A stretch of DNA of 63,530 bases, filler included, from Octopus bimaculoides (taxonomy: Eukaryota), in the NCBI RefSeq assembly GCF_001194135.2. It is 9 parts of 8 records of this genome, joined end to end, with 100 filler letters (N's around TTAATTAATTAA, not from the genome) between each part and the next. Parts side by side here need not be neighbours in the genome. Positions count along the whole stretch, not along the records: positions 50,015 to 55,934 come from NC_068996.1; positions 56,035 to 57,268 come from NW_026400072.1; positions 57,369 to 59,376 come from NC_068991.1; positions 59,477 to 61,576 come from NW_026422473.1; positions 61,677 to 63,530 come from NC_069002.1; 4 more parts are not named here. One strand, 5' to 3'. The position numbers and the translations under genes were made by a program. This document shows positions 51,601-63,530 of this stretch, in pieces. Below the pieces are notes generated by a model, which made no database searches, was not told the origin of the DNA, and saw only the letters and a list, made by a program, of their open reading frames with translations. The stretch's first letter is position 1, and each line of letters starts with the position of its first letter.

Positions 51601-52776
51601 TGGCTGATGATGATGATGATATATATATATATATAAGCATCAATGTAATTGTTTTCCCAATGCAATTGCTCTTCATATTCAAGGCTCCAATGATGCTATA
51701 AAGTGTTACTCAGGCACTCGACTATGAGTTCAGTGCATCTTATAGCAGAAACAGCTGTAAGCTAATGAAGATAATCATTTATTACTTTGACATCTTTCTT
51801 TCTCCTTACCACTTTGTAGTCGACTAACGCTTTGTTATGAAGTATATGTACGCTGAGTTCTATACCAGGTTATTAATCGCGCAATGCGTAAGCGATAAAC
51901 ACACACACACACACACGTACCCCCCGTACTCCACACACATGCTGGTTGTCTACTCCTTATTCATAGTCTGACCACCTCCTGTACTTACACCTTAGATCCA
52001 CCATGACGTCTGATGTGGCTTTTAAAACCGTACAATGTATTGAAAAGACACCCACATAGATTGCATATCTGAATTGGATCACCGAGAGCTGCAGTTAAGT
52101 TCTGATCTTTGTAGATCTTAAAATGTCTTTTGAGACCTCCACTAGAATTGCAGACCTTATGACATGCACGGTATTGAGATGTTCATGTGCGCGCGCACAC
52201 ACACATATCTATGTATATATATATGTATAAATATATATATNNNNNNNNNNNNNNNNNNNNNNNNNNNNNNNNNNNNNNNNNNNNNNNNNNNNNNNNNNNN
52301 NNNNNNNNNNNNNNNNNNNNNNNNNNNNNNNNNNNNNNNNNNNNNNNNNNNNNNNNNNNNNNNNNNNNNNNNNNNNNNNNNNNNNNNNNNNNNNNNNNNN
52401 NNNNNNNNNNNNNNNNNNNNNNNNNNNNNNNNNNNNNNNNNNNNNNNNNNNNNNNNNNNNNNNNNNNNNNNNNNNNNNNNNNNNNNNNNNNNNNNNNNNN
52501 NNNNNNNNNNNNNNNNNNNNNNNNNNNNNNNNNNNNNNNNNNNNNNNNNNNNNNNNNNNNNNNNNNNNNNNNNNNNNNNNNNNNNNNNNNNNNNNNNNNN
52601 NNNNNNNNNNNNNNNNNNNNNNNNNNNNNNNNNNNNNNNNNNNNNNNNNNNNNNNNNNNNNNNNNNNNNNNNNNNNNNNNNNNNNNNNNNNNNNNNNNNN
52701 NNNNNNNNNNNNNNNNNNNNNNNNNNNNNNNNNNNCGTTGGACATTTTATGGTCAGAAGGTGAAGAAATTAGGATC

Positions 52777-52821
<45 letters not shown>

Positions 52822-53782
52822 TGTCTTTATTGGAACGTGAAATGTAAGTTGTTGATAGTCAACACATAAGTTCTCGTATATGAAATATTCCTAATTCTCA
52901 GCTGTTGTATTCGGCAATGAACATATCAATTATATGAGATATTTGAATAAAATAAAAGCACACCTATACCAAATAAGGATAAAGCTTCTTCCCAAGACTA
53001 CTTGGGCCAGTTTACCAGTTTCTGTGGCGTATATATTTTCCCCTGGACGAGACGCCTGTTTGTTGCAGGATTATTGATTTTTGCCAGATGAGTGGACTGT
53101 TGTAACGTGAAATGAATTTTATCGGCCAAGAATACAACGTATTGCCCTGTCTAGGAATCGAAATCACAATTTTACGATCACGAGTCCAACATCCCAAACC
53201 ATAAAGCCGCTCGCCACCACTCCAATTACTCCACAATGATTATTATTTCACAACACTACACGTATTTAGTACACATTACATTAAAAGTAAACTTCCAATA
53301 GTTACTAGATATCAGTTGAAGTCTATAGTTAGAAAGATTATCGTTGCACAATAAGAGACGAAATTTCTGTTGTTCATTGTTCTTTTATCTTTACATACGG
53401 TCTATACCATCTGCCCATTCTTCAGTGTTCTTAACCGTTTCTTTAGAAATATTCTCACACCACATTTAAGCATGCTGGCAATATTCGCAATTGGTGCTGT
53501 GTCATAGTGTCATAATGGTTGACGAGTCTCTTTGACTTCCATCTTTTCACAAACAATTCATTTGAAAAGTTCCAATAATTCATCGACTTCCAAAAGTTTT
53601 TCTTGTACGATGTGCTCTGCCCATTATAAAGTAAACATTTACATACAAACATATATGCATACGTATGCACATTTATATGCATATATAGATGTATATCTAT
53701 CTATCTCTATATATATACACTCATCCACACACATACAAACATATATATTTATATACATACTTATAAAATATTTGTATGCATG

Positions 53783-53883
<101 letters not shown>

Positions 53884-54700
53884 GCATGTATGTATATGCG
53901 TATCTGTAAATATATATGTATATGTATGTTTACCTGTATACACACATATAGAATCTCTCATACGTTTTATTACTGAGAAACATACAAAGAGTACGTATTA
54001 GCACATACAAATTCCCTTGAAAGATGTAGAATTTCAATTTTTGATTATTTATATATTAGATATAAAAAAAAAAGTATCTATTTAAGTTTTTCTCCTCCAT
54101 TTTTACTCTATTTTTATCCCCTTTTCTTTCCATTAAAAAATTCATTTTATATTATTTCAATTTCTTTATTTTTTTATTTACAATTTCGGAGTAATTCATG
54201 AAAAACGAATCAATAATAGACGAAGCAAAATAAATAATAGCAAAAATACATTTTTGTCAAGAATAAACATAAATCTACAGCACAAACACACACATAGAAA
54301 ATAGATAACTCCTTTTACCAAACAATACTTGATTTTGTTTTATCTCAGAATATTTTCATTTTAAATATTTTTCATTATTTTCATAACCTTCCTGTTTGTT
54401 TCTCTATTCCGTTTTACATATTTCTTTCTTCGCCTCCTTCATTCTCATTTTACCACAAAAGAACAAAAATGTTCTAAAAAACAAAAGAAAAGAAACAGTG
54501 ATGAAAAACCCTAAAAAAGAACAACACATTCTCCATTTTATTTCTTTGTTCATGCTTAAATTCTTTCTTGTCTTCGTTCGTGTCCGTCTAGCCTCTCTTT
54601 GACTCCATTTCTTCAGGACGCTATTGCTATAGTTGTTTTTATAATTTTGTGCAAACTACTACTCTTTCTTCGTTATGTCTTTGCCTCTTTCACTTATTTC

Positions 54701-54751
<51 letters not shown>

Positions 54752-56525
54752 GTCTGTCTGTCTGTCTGTCTAACTATCTATCTATCTACATACATAAATA
54801 CACACGTGCGTACACACACATACACACGCACGTATATACGCTTAAGTATATACATACATACATACACACATGTATGTTTATGAGTGTGTGTTTGTGTTTG
54901 TGTGTGTGTATATGCTTCTGATTTTGTAACTATGAGTAGCACCTCGCCTGCCCTCGAACGAAACTTGAGGAACGAAACGGGAAACTGTTAATGTAAATAT
55001 TCAAGTAAAATAAAAAAAAAATAAATAAAGCTATGTGAAAATACAAAACCAAATCTATAAAAAAAAAACACTATTTCATTGGTTCTATATGTAACAAAGA
55101 ATATCAACAAATTAAACTCAAAGAATTATTAAATAAACAAGAATTCAATAATATCAGTTCCAGGTATTCTGGCCTAAAAACTTTGAGCATAGGTAATTTA
55201 TGCACAAATAATTTAAAATAATGAAATGAAGAAGAAATAAGAAGTGAGAAAGAATGTCAATAAGTGAGAGATAGAATATAAAATTTATTTTTAAAATTAT
55301 TCTCATCATTTTTCAAATAAGTTCTAAGGCAGAACTGAAAGCATCTCCGAGAAAGTAAATACATATTGAAAGTGAAAGTGCAGCATACACGCTAACTACG
55401 TATGCATGCTAAATGCAAATAAATACGTGGGAAAGTGAGATACACTGGATCTTGCAAGTTCTGGAGATATAGTATTCAAAGTATCTGTATGAATGAAAGA
55501 GAATGAACATCCCATGGCTTATTCATCTGTGGAAACTGTAGACAGAATTGCAGAATGTAAAAATGTACCCAGGTTGTACTGCCAAGATGTGGCGTTGGTT
55601 CACGTGTATACAGTATGATGTCCAGGATAAAGAAAAATGACCTCGATAGAACTTTAAACTAATATATGCAACTTTAATAAGCTTTTAGATTAGATTTCAA
55701 AACAGCACCTCGTGTTTCGACCGAGGATCATTTAAATTCCAGTGCATATGCATAAGCGCATGCGTGGTTGTGTAGTAGGAAGTTTAATCCCCATCTACAT
55801 GGTTCCGGGTTTAGCTCCACTGCGTAGCATCTTGGGCAAGTGACTTCTGCAATAGCCTCAAGCCAACTAAACTCTTTTGAGTGTTTATTGTTTTTGGTAG
55901 ACAAAAAGTGAAAGAAGCTCGTGTTATATATATANNNNNNNNNNNNNNNNNNNNNNNNNNNNNNNNNNNNNNNNNNNNTTAATTAATTAANNNNNNNNNN
56001 NNNNNNNNNNNNNNNNNNNNNNNNNNNNNNNNNNAAAAACACCAGAACAGGACAAAATGAGAAATATATTCTGTATATATATATGTATGTATATATAAAC
56101 ATTATCAACCACATATACTTAACATATGCGCTACGTATATTTTCTGGTTGGCTGCAACCTGGTGTCGTGAGTACTCTCCCAAAGTACCAGGTGTTAAAAT
56201 ATCTGCAAGTTATGGACAGGTGAGATAATTACCCCCGAATCTCATCAAAGAATGAAGGACATTGATGTTCCACCATTTTTGTAGTTTATCAATATCACGT
56301 ACCCGAATTTGGAGTGAAGATGAATCACATCACCAGTCTACAACTTATATGCATATAGTGTAAAACAATAACATCCCACGCTTTGAGAGAGTATTTTCCA
56401 TCATGCCAAATCACAGCCTATCACCAAACACACAAAGCACATGTGTTAAGTTTATGTAGTTGATAATATTTATTACACATGAAACTAATAGTAGTACATA
56501 AAACATTTACTGTGTTTATTAAATG

Positions 56526-56566
<41 letters not shown>

Positions 56567-56589
56567 CATTATATTCTTTATTTTTGCAG

Positions 56590-56733
56590 AATATCCCAAT
56601 AAAGATAAGTTTATAGTACAGAAAACCAACCTGACTGTCATCAACGTCACACCTCAAGATTCCATGACCATCCAATGTAATATCAGTAATATCCATGGAT
56701 ATATCTTCACTAATGTCTTTCTAAATGTCTTCG
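56590..56733 (+). CDS. Nrg: Internal coding exon of an L1-family (neuroglian-like) Ig cell-adhesion molecule; C-terminal half of Ig domain 4
   Basis: Acceptor tatattctttatttttgcAG and donor G|GTGAGT bound a 144-nt phase 1-1 exon. It encodes (E)YPNKDKFIVQKTNLTVINVTPQDSMTIQCNISNIHGYIFTNVFLNVF. The pattern L-x-x-x-N-V-x-x-x-D-x-x-x-x-Q-C-N-x-S-N-x-H-G-Y-x-x-x-N-x-x-L-N-V matches the L1/NrCAM/neuroglian Ig4 C-terminus as recalled. The exact paralog is not determined. Confidence 0.85.
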
Positions 56734-57368
56734 GTGAGTATTGAACCTGGCACACCCTGCTGCAGCAGGCATTCATCTCTTTGTTTCCGACTACTACCAC
56801 CATTATAACTACTACTACTACTACCACCACCACCACCTTGAATTTGTATACTTTGGTGTTTATGTGTCTCCTTATGTTTGTGAGCTCAACTTTGCCCTAC
56901 ATTCTTTAAGGGTGGATAAAATTCAGTACCTGTTACATGCTGGGTACAATACAGTTCACTAATCTGCTCCCCTCAAAATTGCCGGTCTTCGCCCCAAATC
57001 CAAAATTATCATTAAAGGCAACAAGCTGGCTGATTTGTTAGTTTGAGGGGAAATGCTTTGTGGTAATAGTTTCAAGATCTTTAGACTCTGAGTTCAAATC
57101 CTGCTATGGTCATCTTTTCAGGCTAAATAAAAACACTGTACAAGTAAACTTCAGAGATCAACGTAATCTACTTACCCCTTTCCTCAAAATTGCAGGCTTT
57201 ATGCTAAAATTAGTAAAGAAATATTATTGTTACTATGATTGTTGTTGTTGCTGTTATCATTATTATTANNNNNNNNNNNNNNNNNNNNNNNNNNNNNNNN
57301 NNNNNNNNNNNNTTAATTAATTAANNNNNNNNNNNNNNNNNNNNNNNNNNNNNNNNNNNNNNNNNNNN

Positions 57369-57412
<44 letters not shown>

Positions 57413-57660
57413 AACAAACTTACACACGCAGACATGTATGCATATTTCCTCTACAAAATTACTTAGCATAGCATGCGGAGTGCACCATATTCGTCAAATA
57501 TTAAACAAGTTACTCACAAAATATCATTTAAACAAGTGACTTCACAAATTACCTGTAATATCAATATTATAAGTATGCCTTATTTCCTCTCATATAAAAG
57601 AAAGTAAACTCATCTTATGGCAAACCTATAAAATATGATATGAATGCTAACTTGTTTTAG

Positions 57661-57687
57661 CGAAAATAATACTTCATATAATTAATG
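57661..57687 (+). CDS. Candidate 27-nt symmetric microexon of the neuroglian-like gene
   Basis: tgctaacttgttttAG|cgaaaataatacttcatataattaatg|GTAAGT. Phase 1-1 and open in the frame left by exon 56590-56733 (adds AKIILHIIN). No transcript evidence. Confidence 0.3.
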
Positions 57688-57881
57688 GTAAGTAAAAGTT
57701 TCATAAAAGATTATGAGATATATGAGATAACAGAAATATATTTAATTGAACTCAACAGACAATATTCAGGTTTGTAAGAGAAAACAATAGACATAAACAA
57801 TACGATGAAAGAAGACTATACCCTTGCAACTTTAAGGGATTGGAGATATATATTTTCAGACAAATGTAGTGAAATCGAATG

Positions 57882-57951
<70 letters not shown>

Positions 57952-58364
57952 NNNNNNNNNNNNNNNNNNNNNNNNNNNNNNNNNNNNNNNNNNNNNNNNN
58001 NNNNNNNNNNNNNNNNNNNNNNNNNNNNNNNNNNNNNNNNNNNNNNNNNNNNNNNNNNNNNNNNNNNNNNNNNNNNNNNNNNNNNNNNNNNNNNNNNNNN
58101 NNNNNNNNNNNNNNNNNNNNNNNNNNNNNNNNNNNNNNNNNNNNNNNNNNNNNNNNNNNNNNNNNNNNNNNNNNNNNNNNNNNNNNNNNNNNNNNNNNNN
58201 NNNNNNNNNNNNNNNNNNNNNNNNNNNNNNNNNNNNNNNNNNNNNNNNNNNNNNNNNNNNNNNNNNNNNNNNNNNNNNNNNNNNNNNNNNNNNNNNNNNN
58301 NNNNNNNNNNNNNNNNNNNNNNNNNNNNNNNNNNNNNNNNNNNNNNNNNNNNNNNNNNNNNNNN

Positions 58365-58404
<40 letters not shown>

Positions 58405-59476
58405 TCTTTGGTCAGTAAGAGTTATTTTCTGTTTGTTCCTATATAGAAATCAAAAGAAATGACTACCAATCGCTTCAAACTTTGCTATTGAGACCTGGAC
58501 ATCAATTTTTTGAAACTGACCTATTTTTCATTTATATTACAGTGTTGAGTTGTTGGGTCCGAAATATCGTTATATTCTACTGAATACCACAGATTTGCTT
58601 GTCAGTTGTTTAAAGTTAACTTTGGACTTGATGATATCCCTCAGTGACTGATAATAAGTACGTCTCTGATCATGAACAGGAGTAAGGTTGGGGCATCATA
58701 ATCATGTGCCGAGAGGGATTCTCTGGAGTTTGAATAAGTGTAAGAAAAGCACAGTTGGAAGAACGCCGTTTTTTATACTTTCTTGTGGTAAGCAAATAGG
58801 AACTGATAGTTGCTACCCAAGGACGAAAATCTTGTTACACAGTGTAATATTAGTAACAAACAAATGAATTTATCTTACAACCCAATATTTTGTAGCTGAC
58901 TTGAACGTGGTTTTCTCTACATCCTCAAGAAGGTCATGAATCCCCTTAGTAGAGGCCTGTGCTTGATGCCCGGATTAGCGTTAAATTGCATACCTCCACT
59001 TCTTTCATCAGTGGTGCCCTATTTTTATGACAGCATTATTGGAAAACAAAATAAAATAAAATTAATTTTAAAACTTCAAGAAGCATAAAACTTCAGCATT
59101 TATACTACAATTAATTTTGTGGAACATGATAGGAAATTGCGCGAAAATTATTTAGTACAATACAGCTAAAATTATATTGATTTTAATATATAACAACTTA
59201 AATTTCTTCCCTCTTTAAGCATTGCTTTTTTCTCTGGCACTATAGTTTAGCCCGAGAGATATATAGTGTGTGCCAAGACCGTTCTTCAAATGTCATATGA
59301 TCAATTAATAAGCATCCATATAAAACATGAGCAAGTATCATATTTAAACATATATATATATATATATATATATATANNNNNNNNNNNNNNNNNNNNNNNN
59401 NNNNNNNNNNNNNNNNNNNNTTAATTAATTAANNNNNNNNNNNNNNNNNNNNNNNNNNNNNNNNNNNNNNNNNNNN

Positions 59477-59513
<37 letters not shown>

Positions 59514-60054
59514 TAAGTATATGTCTATGTAAGGCTGAGGTACGACATTTCGAAATTGCCATATTTCGTTACTTATATCTCAATGTTTTTTCTGTTAATC
59601 TTTTTAGAGATCTTCTTTATCTTGCCAGTCATCCGATTCTCTCGCTTCATATCGCCCACATAACTCCTATGTCTGGATTTAAAATGTTTTTTGTTGTTCT
59701 TTTTTTACCATTGTTGCTATTTCTTTTTTTCCTCCCTTTGTCTTTCTGTTTCAGTTGATCACAGACAATCCATCAATCAACTTCTCGGCCTCGCTACCGA
59801 TCTGCCATTTCTTCTCTTTGTTTTCCGTCTCTTTCGTAATCCGTTTCAACTATATCTAGANNNNNNNNNNGGGGGGGGGGTAGATATTCAAGTGTGTGTG
59901 AATGTATGCGTGTGTGTGTGTGTTTATGCATGTATGCATGTATAAATATATATTATGATATATATGTATAAACGTTCATATATTTATACATATACATATC
60001 TATTTATACCTTCATCTATCTACCTATATATATATATATGTCTGCCTGTCTCTC

Positions 60055-60087
<33 letters not shown>

Positions 60088-60779
60088 NNNNNNNNNNNNN
60101 NNNNNNNNNNNNNNNNNNNNNNNNNNNNNNNNNNNNNNNNNNNNNNNNNNNNNNNNNNNNNNNNNNNNNNNNNNNNNNNNNNNNNNNNNNNNNNNNNNNN
60201 NNNNNNNNNNNNNNNNNNNNNNNNNNNNNNNNNNNNNNNNNNNNNNNNNNNNNNNNNNNNNNNNNNNNNNNNNNNNNNNNNNNNNNNNNNNNNNNNNNNN
60301 NNNNNNNNNNNNNNNNNNNNNNNNNNNNNNNNNNNNNNNNNNNNNNNNNNNNNNNNNNNNNNNNNNNNNNNNNNNNNNNNNNNNNNNNNNNNNNNNNNNN
60401 NNNNNNNNNNNNNNNNNNNNNNNNNNNNNNNNNNNNNNNNNNNNNNNNNNNNNNNNNNNNNNNNNNNNNNNNNNNNNNNNNNNNNNNNNNNNNNNNNNNN
60501 NNNNNNNNNNNNNNNNNNNNNNNNNNNNNNNNNNNNNNNNNNNNNNNNNNNNNNNNNNNNNNNNNNNNNNNNNNNNNNNNNNNNNNNNNNNNNNNNNNNN
60601 NNNNNNNNNNNNNNNNNNNNNNNNNNNNNNNNNNNNNNNNNNNNNNNNNNNATGTGTTCCAGTGTTTCTTTTTTCCCCATGAAATACCTGAAATAGAGAC
60701 GTGATATTTTTGTCTCATTTTGATTGTATCAAACATCAAAAATATCATATTTCATACAAGATAGATATAATCCAGATAG

Positions 60780-61106
60780 TTGACGATGATGATGGTGATG
60801 ATGATGATGATGATGATTATGATGGTGATGATGACGATGATGATGATGGTAACGATGACGATGATGATGATGACGATGATGATTATGATGACGATGATGA
60901 TGAAGACGATGGTGATGATGATGATGATGATGATGATGGTGACGATGACGCTGATGATGACGACGACGATGATGAGGATGAGGATGACGCCGACGATGAT
61001 GATGAGGAGGAGGAGGAGGACGAGGTGGAGGAGGATCGTGATGATGATGATGATGATGATAAGGACCATGAAGATCATAATCATAATCACTGTTGACGAT
61101 GAGGAT

Positions 61107-61152
<46 letters not shown>

Positions 61153-61230
61153 GCAACAACAACAACAGCAGCAGCAGCAGCAGCAACAACTACAACAACA
61201 ACAACAATAATAATAATAATAATAATAAAA
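60780..61230. repeat. Compound trinucleotide microsatellite (GAT/GAC/GAG, then AAC/AGC/AAT)
   Basis: Directly visible. It generates the poly-D, poly-N, poly-M and poly-I pseudo-ORFs. Confidence 0.95.
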
Positions 61231-62154
61231 GTAACGACTATAACATCAATAATATTATTAATAAATACATGAAAATAATGACTGGTATCAAAACATTAAG
61301 AAACGATGATTAAGACTTACTGTGATGTTCATGGTGGTGGTGGTGGTGGTGTCGGGGGAGAGGGTGTGAGTAAAGAAGAAGATGTTAACCGGAAGTGACA
61401 ACGTTTTTACAGAAGATCGTTACATGTTCAATGTGGTGATTATTTCTAATGAAATCATTTCCCAATCACACAGAACTCATTTCGTTCGATACTCCATAAT
61501 TAACGACATCTACCAAAAAGCTCTTCCACAAATCACTTCCATTTTCTAGAGATTCCTGGATTCTTGGACAAGCTTTNNNNNNNNNNNNNNNNNNNNNNNN
61601 NNNNNNNNNNNNNNNNNNNNTTAATTAATTAANNNNNNNNNNNNNNNNNNNNNNNNNNNNNNNNNNNNNNNNNNNNCCTTATCGGGACTGTCACGTTAAG
61701 TTGGCAGTATACAACTACTTTATCGCATCACTACTGCTTAAGTCTCTCTGAGAGATTTAGAAATGTATTATTTCTAAAAAATTATTGATAAATGATAAAA
61801 AAAATCACCCTGTTGCAATATCTATGTTAAGTTCTTTATTAAAATCTTTTCCAAACTAAATGATGTGTGAACGTATGAATATATATGTAGATACATATAT
61901 GTGGGTGCATATGAATGCCTGAATGTTTGAACGTATATGTATGTATGTACGTACCGTGTATGAATTTTTATATGTATATGCATGTCTAAACGCCTGTATG
62001 TATGAATGTATGCATATATGTACGTATGTATGTGTGCCTTTGTGTGTATGCACGTATGTATGAATGTATGTATGCATGTGTGTATGCATGTATTTACGTA
62101 TGCATGTATGTATGCATGTATATACGTATGCATGTATGTATGCGTGTGTAGTGT

Positions 62155-62185
<31 letters not shown>

Positions 62186-63530
62186 CGGGCGTGCGTGCAT
62201 GCGTGCGTGTACACGTAAGTACGATTTTTCTTTCAGATTTACTAAAAAAACGTGGCAATATTTTTTATTTTAAAATCAACGCCAGATCTAAATGAAGAGA
62301 AACTTGGACTATTCCACTTTTCTGAGGTCCGTCCTAAATCTCCGACCCTCACAACAAGCACTATATATACACCCTAACCGGAGACCTCACCCGCCGCCAT
62401 CTGGCACCTTGAATAGTTTTTAACGTACTCTACTTTGTTGAAAGCATTCAGGGCATGGCTACGGTTTGGTTATATCACCCACGATTTCGCCCCCTCCTAC
62501 TAGACTATGAGGTCTTTATAGCGCCATAGGCCTTCCTTCCTTCCTAACTAAAAAGACAAAAAAGAAATTTCTTCCAGGGATACATTGACACGTCTGATGG
62601 AGAATATATATTACTTTGAAATATTGGCACAAGGCCAGCAACTTCAGGGGAGGGGTAAGTCGATTACATCGACCCCAGTATTCAACTGGTACTTATTTTA
62701 TCCATCCCGGAAGGATGAAAGACAAAGTCGATCTCGGCGGTATTTGAATTCAGAACGTAAAGGCGGACGAAATGCCGCTAAGCAATTCGTCCGGTGTGCT
62801 AAATGGTTAGCATATATTGTAAAAGTGAATGGTTCATCAAGATGGATGCTTTAAACAGAAAGAGAAAGTTGTGAACGACGAGAACTGGGATGGAGTTTGG
62901 GAGTTGGCAGCAGATCTTTTAGGATGTGGACACTTCTTTCCAGTACCAACAAGGAAGAAACCTGATATGGTGAACTGGTGGAGGAACCTTAGAAAGTGCG
63001 CCTTATTGAATTAACTGATCCACATGATGACAATATTGATGTTGCTCAGATTAGTAAAGATGAGCATTGTGAGATGTAGCTAGAAGACTAAAGATGCTGG
63101 TTGAAGTGCAGAGCACTCTCCTGTAGAAGTTGGATGTAGACTTACTGTTTAAGCAAGTTGAACAAGCAATCGTTTGGTTAGTTGGATATTTAACCAATTC
63201 ACTAATACTAAAGGAGTGGAATTATGGTGGTGATGATCTCTAGATGGACTTAAGACCGAATACTTTTCAGTCGATCCAGTAGGTGGAGCCAAACATCAGT
63301 GAGGGAGTGCCGTTGAGAGAAATCTCTATTGATGATCCTTGAAACCTGCCGAGCCTGGTGTGCGGAGCCTTGGATTGGCAACGCTTTCACAAGTGAGATG
63401 TTTACATATCTCTCATGAATGACTGTTTGAATGTATATATGTACTATGTTTGTATGTATGTATGTATGTATGTATGTATGTATGTATGTATGTATGTATG
63501 TACTACGTATGTATGTATGTATGTATGTAT

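Noticed and set aside
53455-53682. Minus-strand ORF in moderately complex sequence
   Set aside because: All frames are interrupted or begin in a microsatellite. No splice sites or recognisable motif.
56140-56226. CAG|GTGAGA donor upstream of the Ig4 exon as the preceding neuroglian exon
   Set aside because: There is no good acceptor, and the translations (FWLAATWCREY.., SGWLQPGVV..) lack the expected Ig4 N-half motifs.
60701-61313. Poly-Asp, poly-Asn, poly-Met and poly-Ile ORFs that resemble acidic or biomineral proteins
   Set aside because: They are by-products of a compound trinucleotide microsatellite, open in several frames on both strands, with no splice signals or unique coding flanks.

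Overview
Eukaryotic, AT-rich, gappy draft-assembly window. It is most likely coleoid cephalopod (octopus-like), inferred from the dense tRNA-derived SINEs, CA/TA/TATG microsatellites and the TE repertoire. There are no prokaryotic genes, CRISPR arrays or rRNA. Almost all of it looks like intron. One confident host exon lies at 56590-56733 (+) and encodes the C-terminal half of Ig domain 4 of an L1-family/neuroglian-like adhesion molecule. A frame-preserving 27-nt microexon candidate follows at 57661-57687. A strong exon candidate of an unidentified protein lies on the opposite strand at 28652-28812, suggesting a nested or overlapping antisense gene. The rest is a decayed TE landscape: D,D34D mariners resembling three subfamilies, Tc1/DUF4817, Tigger/pogo, hAT, a Penelope element with an inverted end, RTE LINE pieces, a solo LTR with TSD, MITEs, a HINE-like element and many SINEs. 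There are also near-perfect hairpins and several tandem arrays. Most listed ORFs are microsatellite or N-gap artefacts. All protein family calls come from motif recognition by eye; no database search was run.
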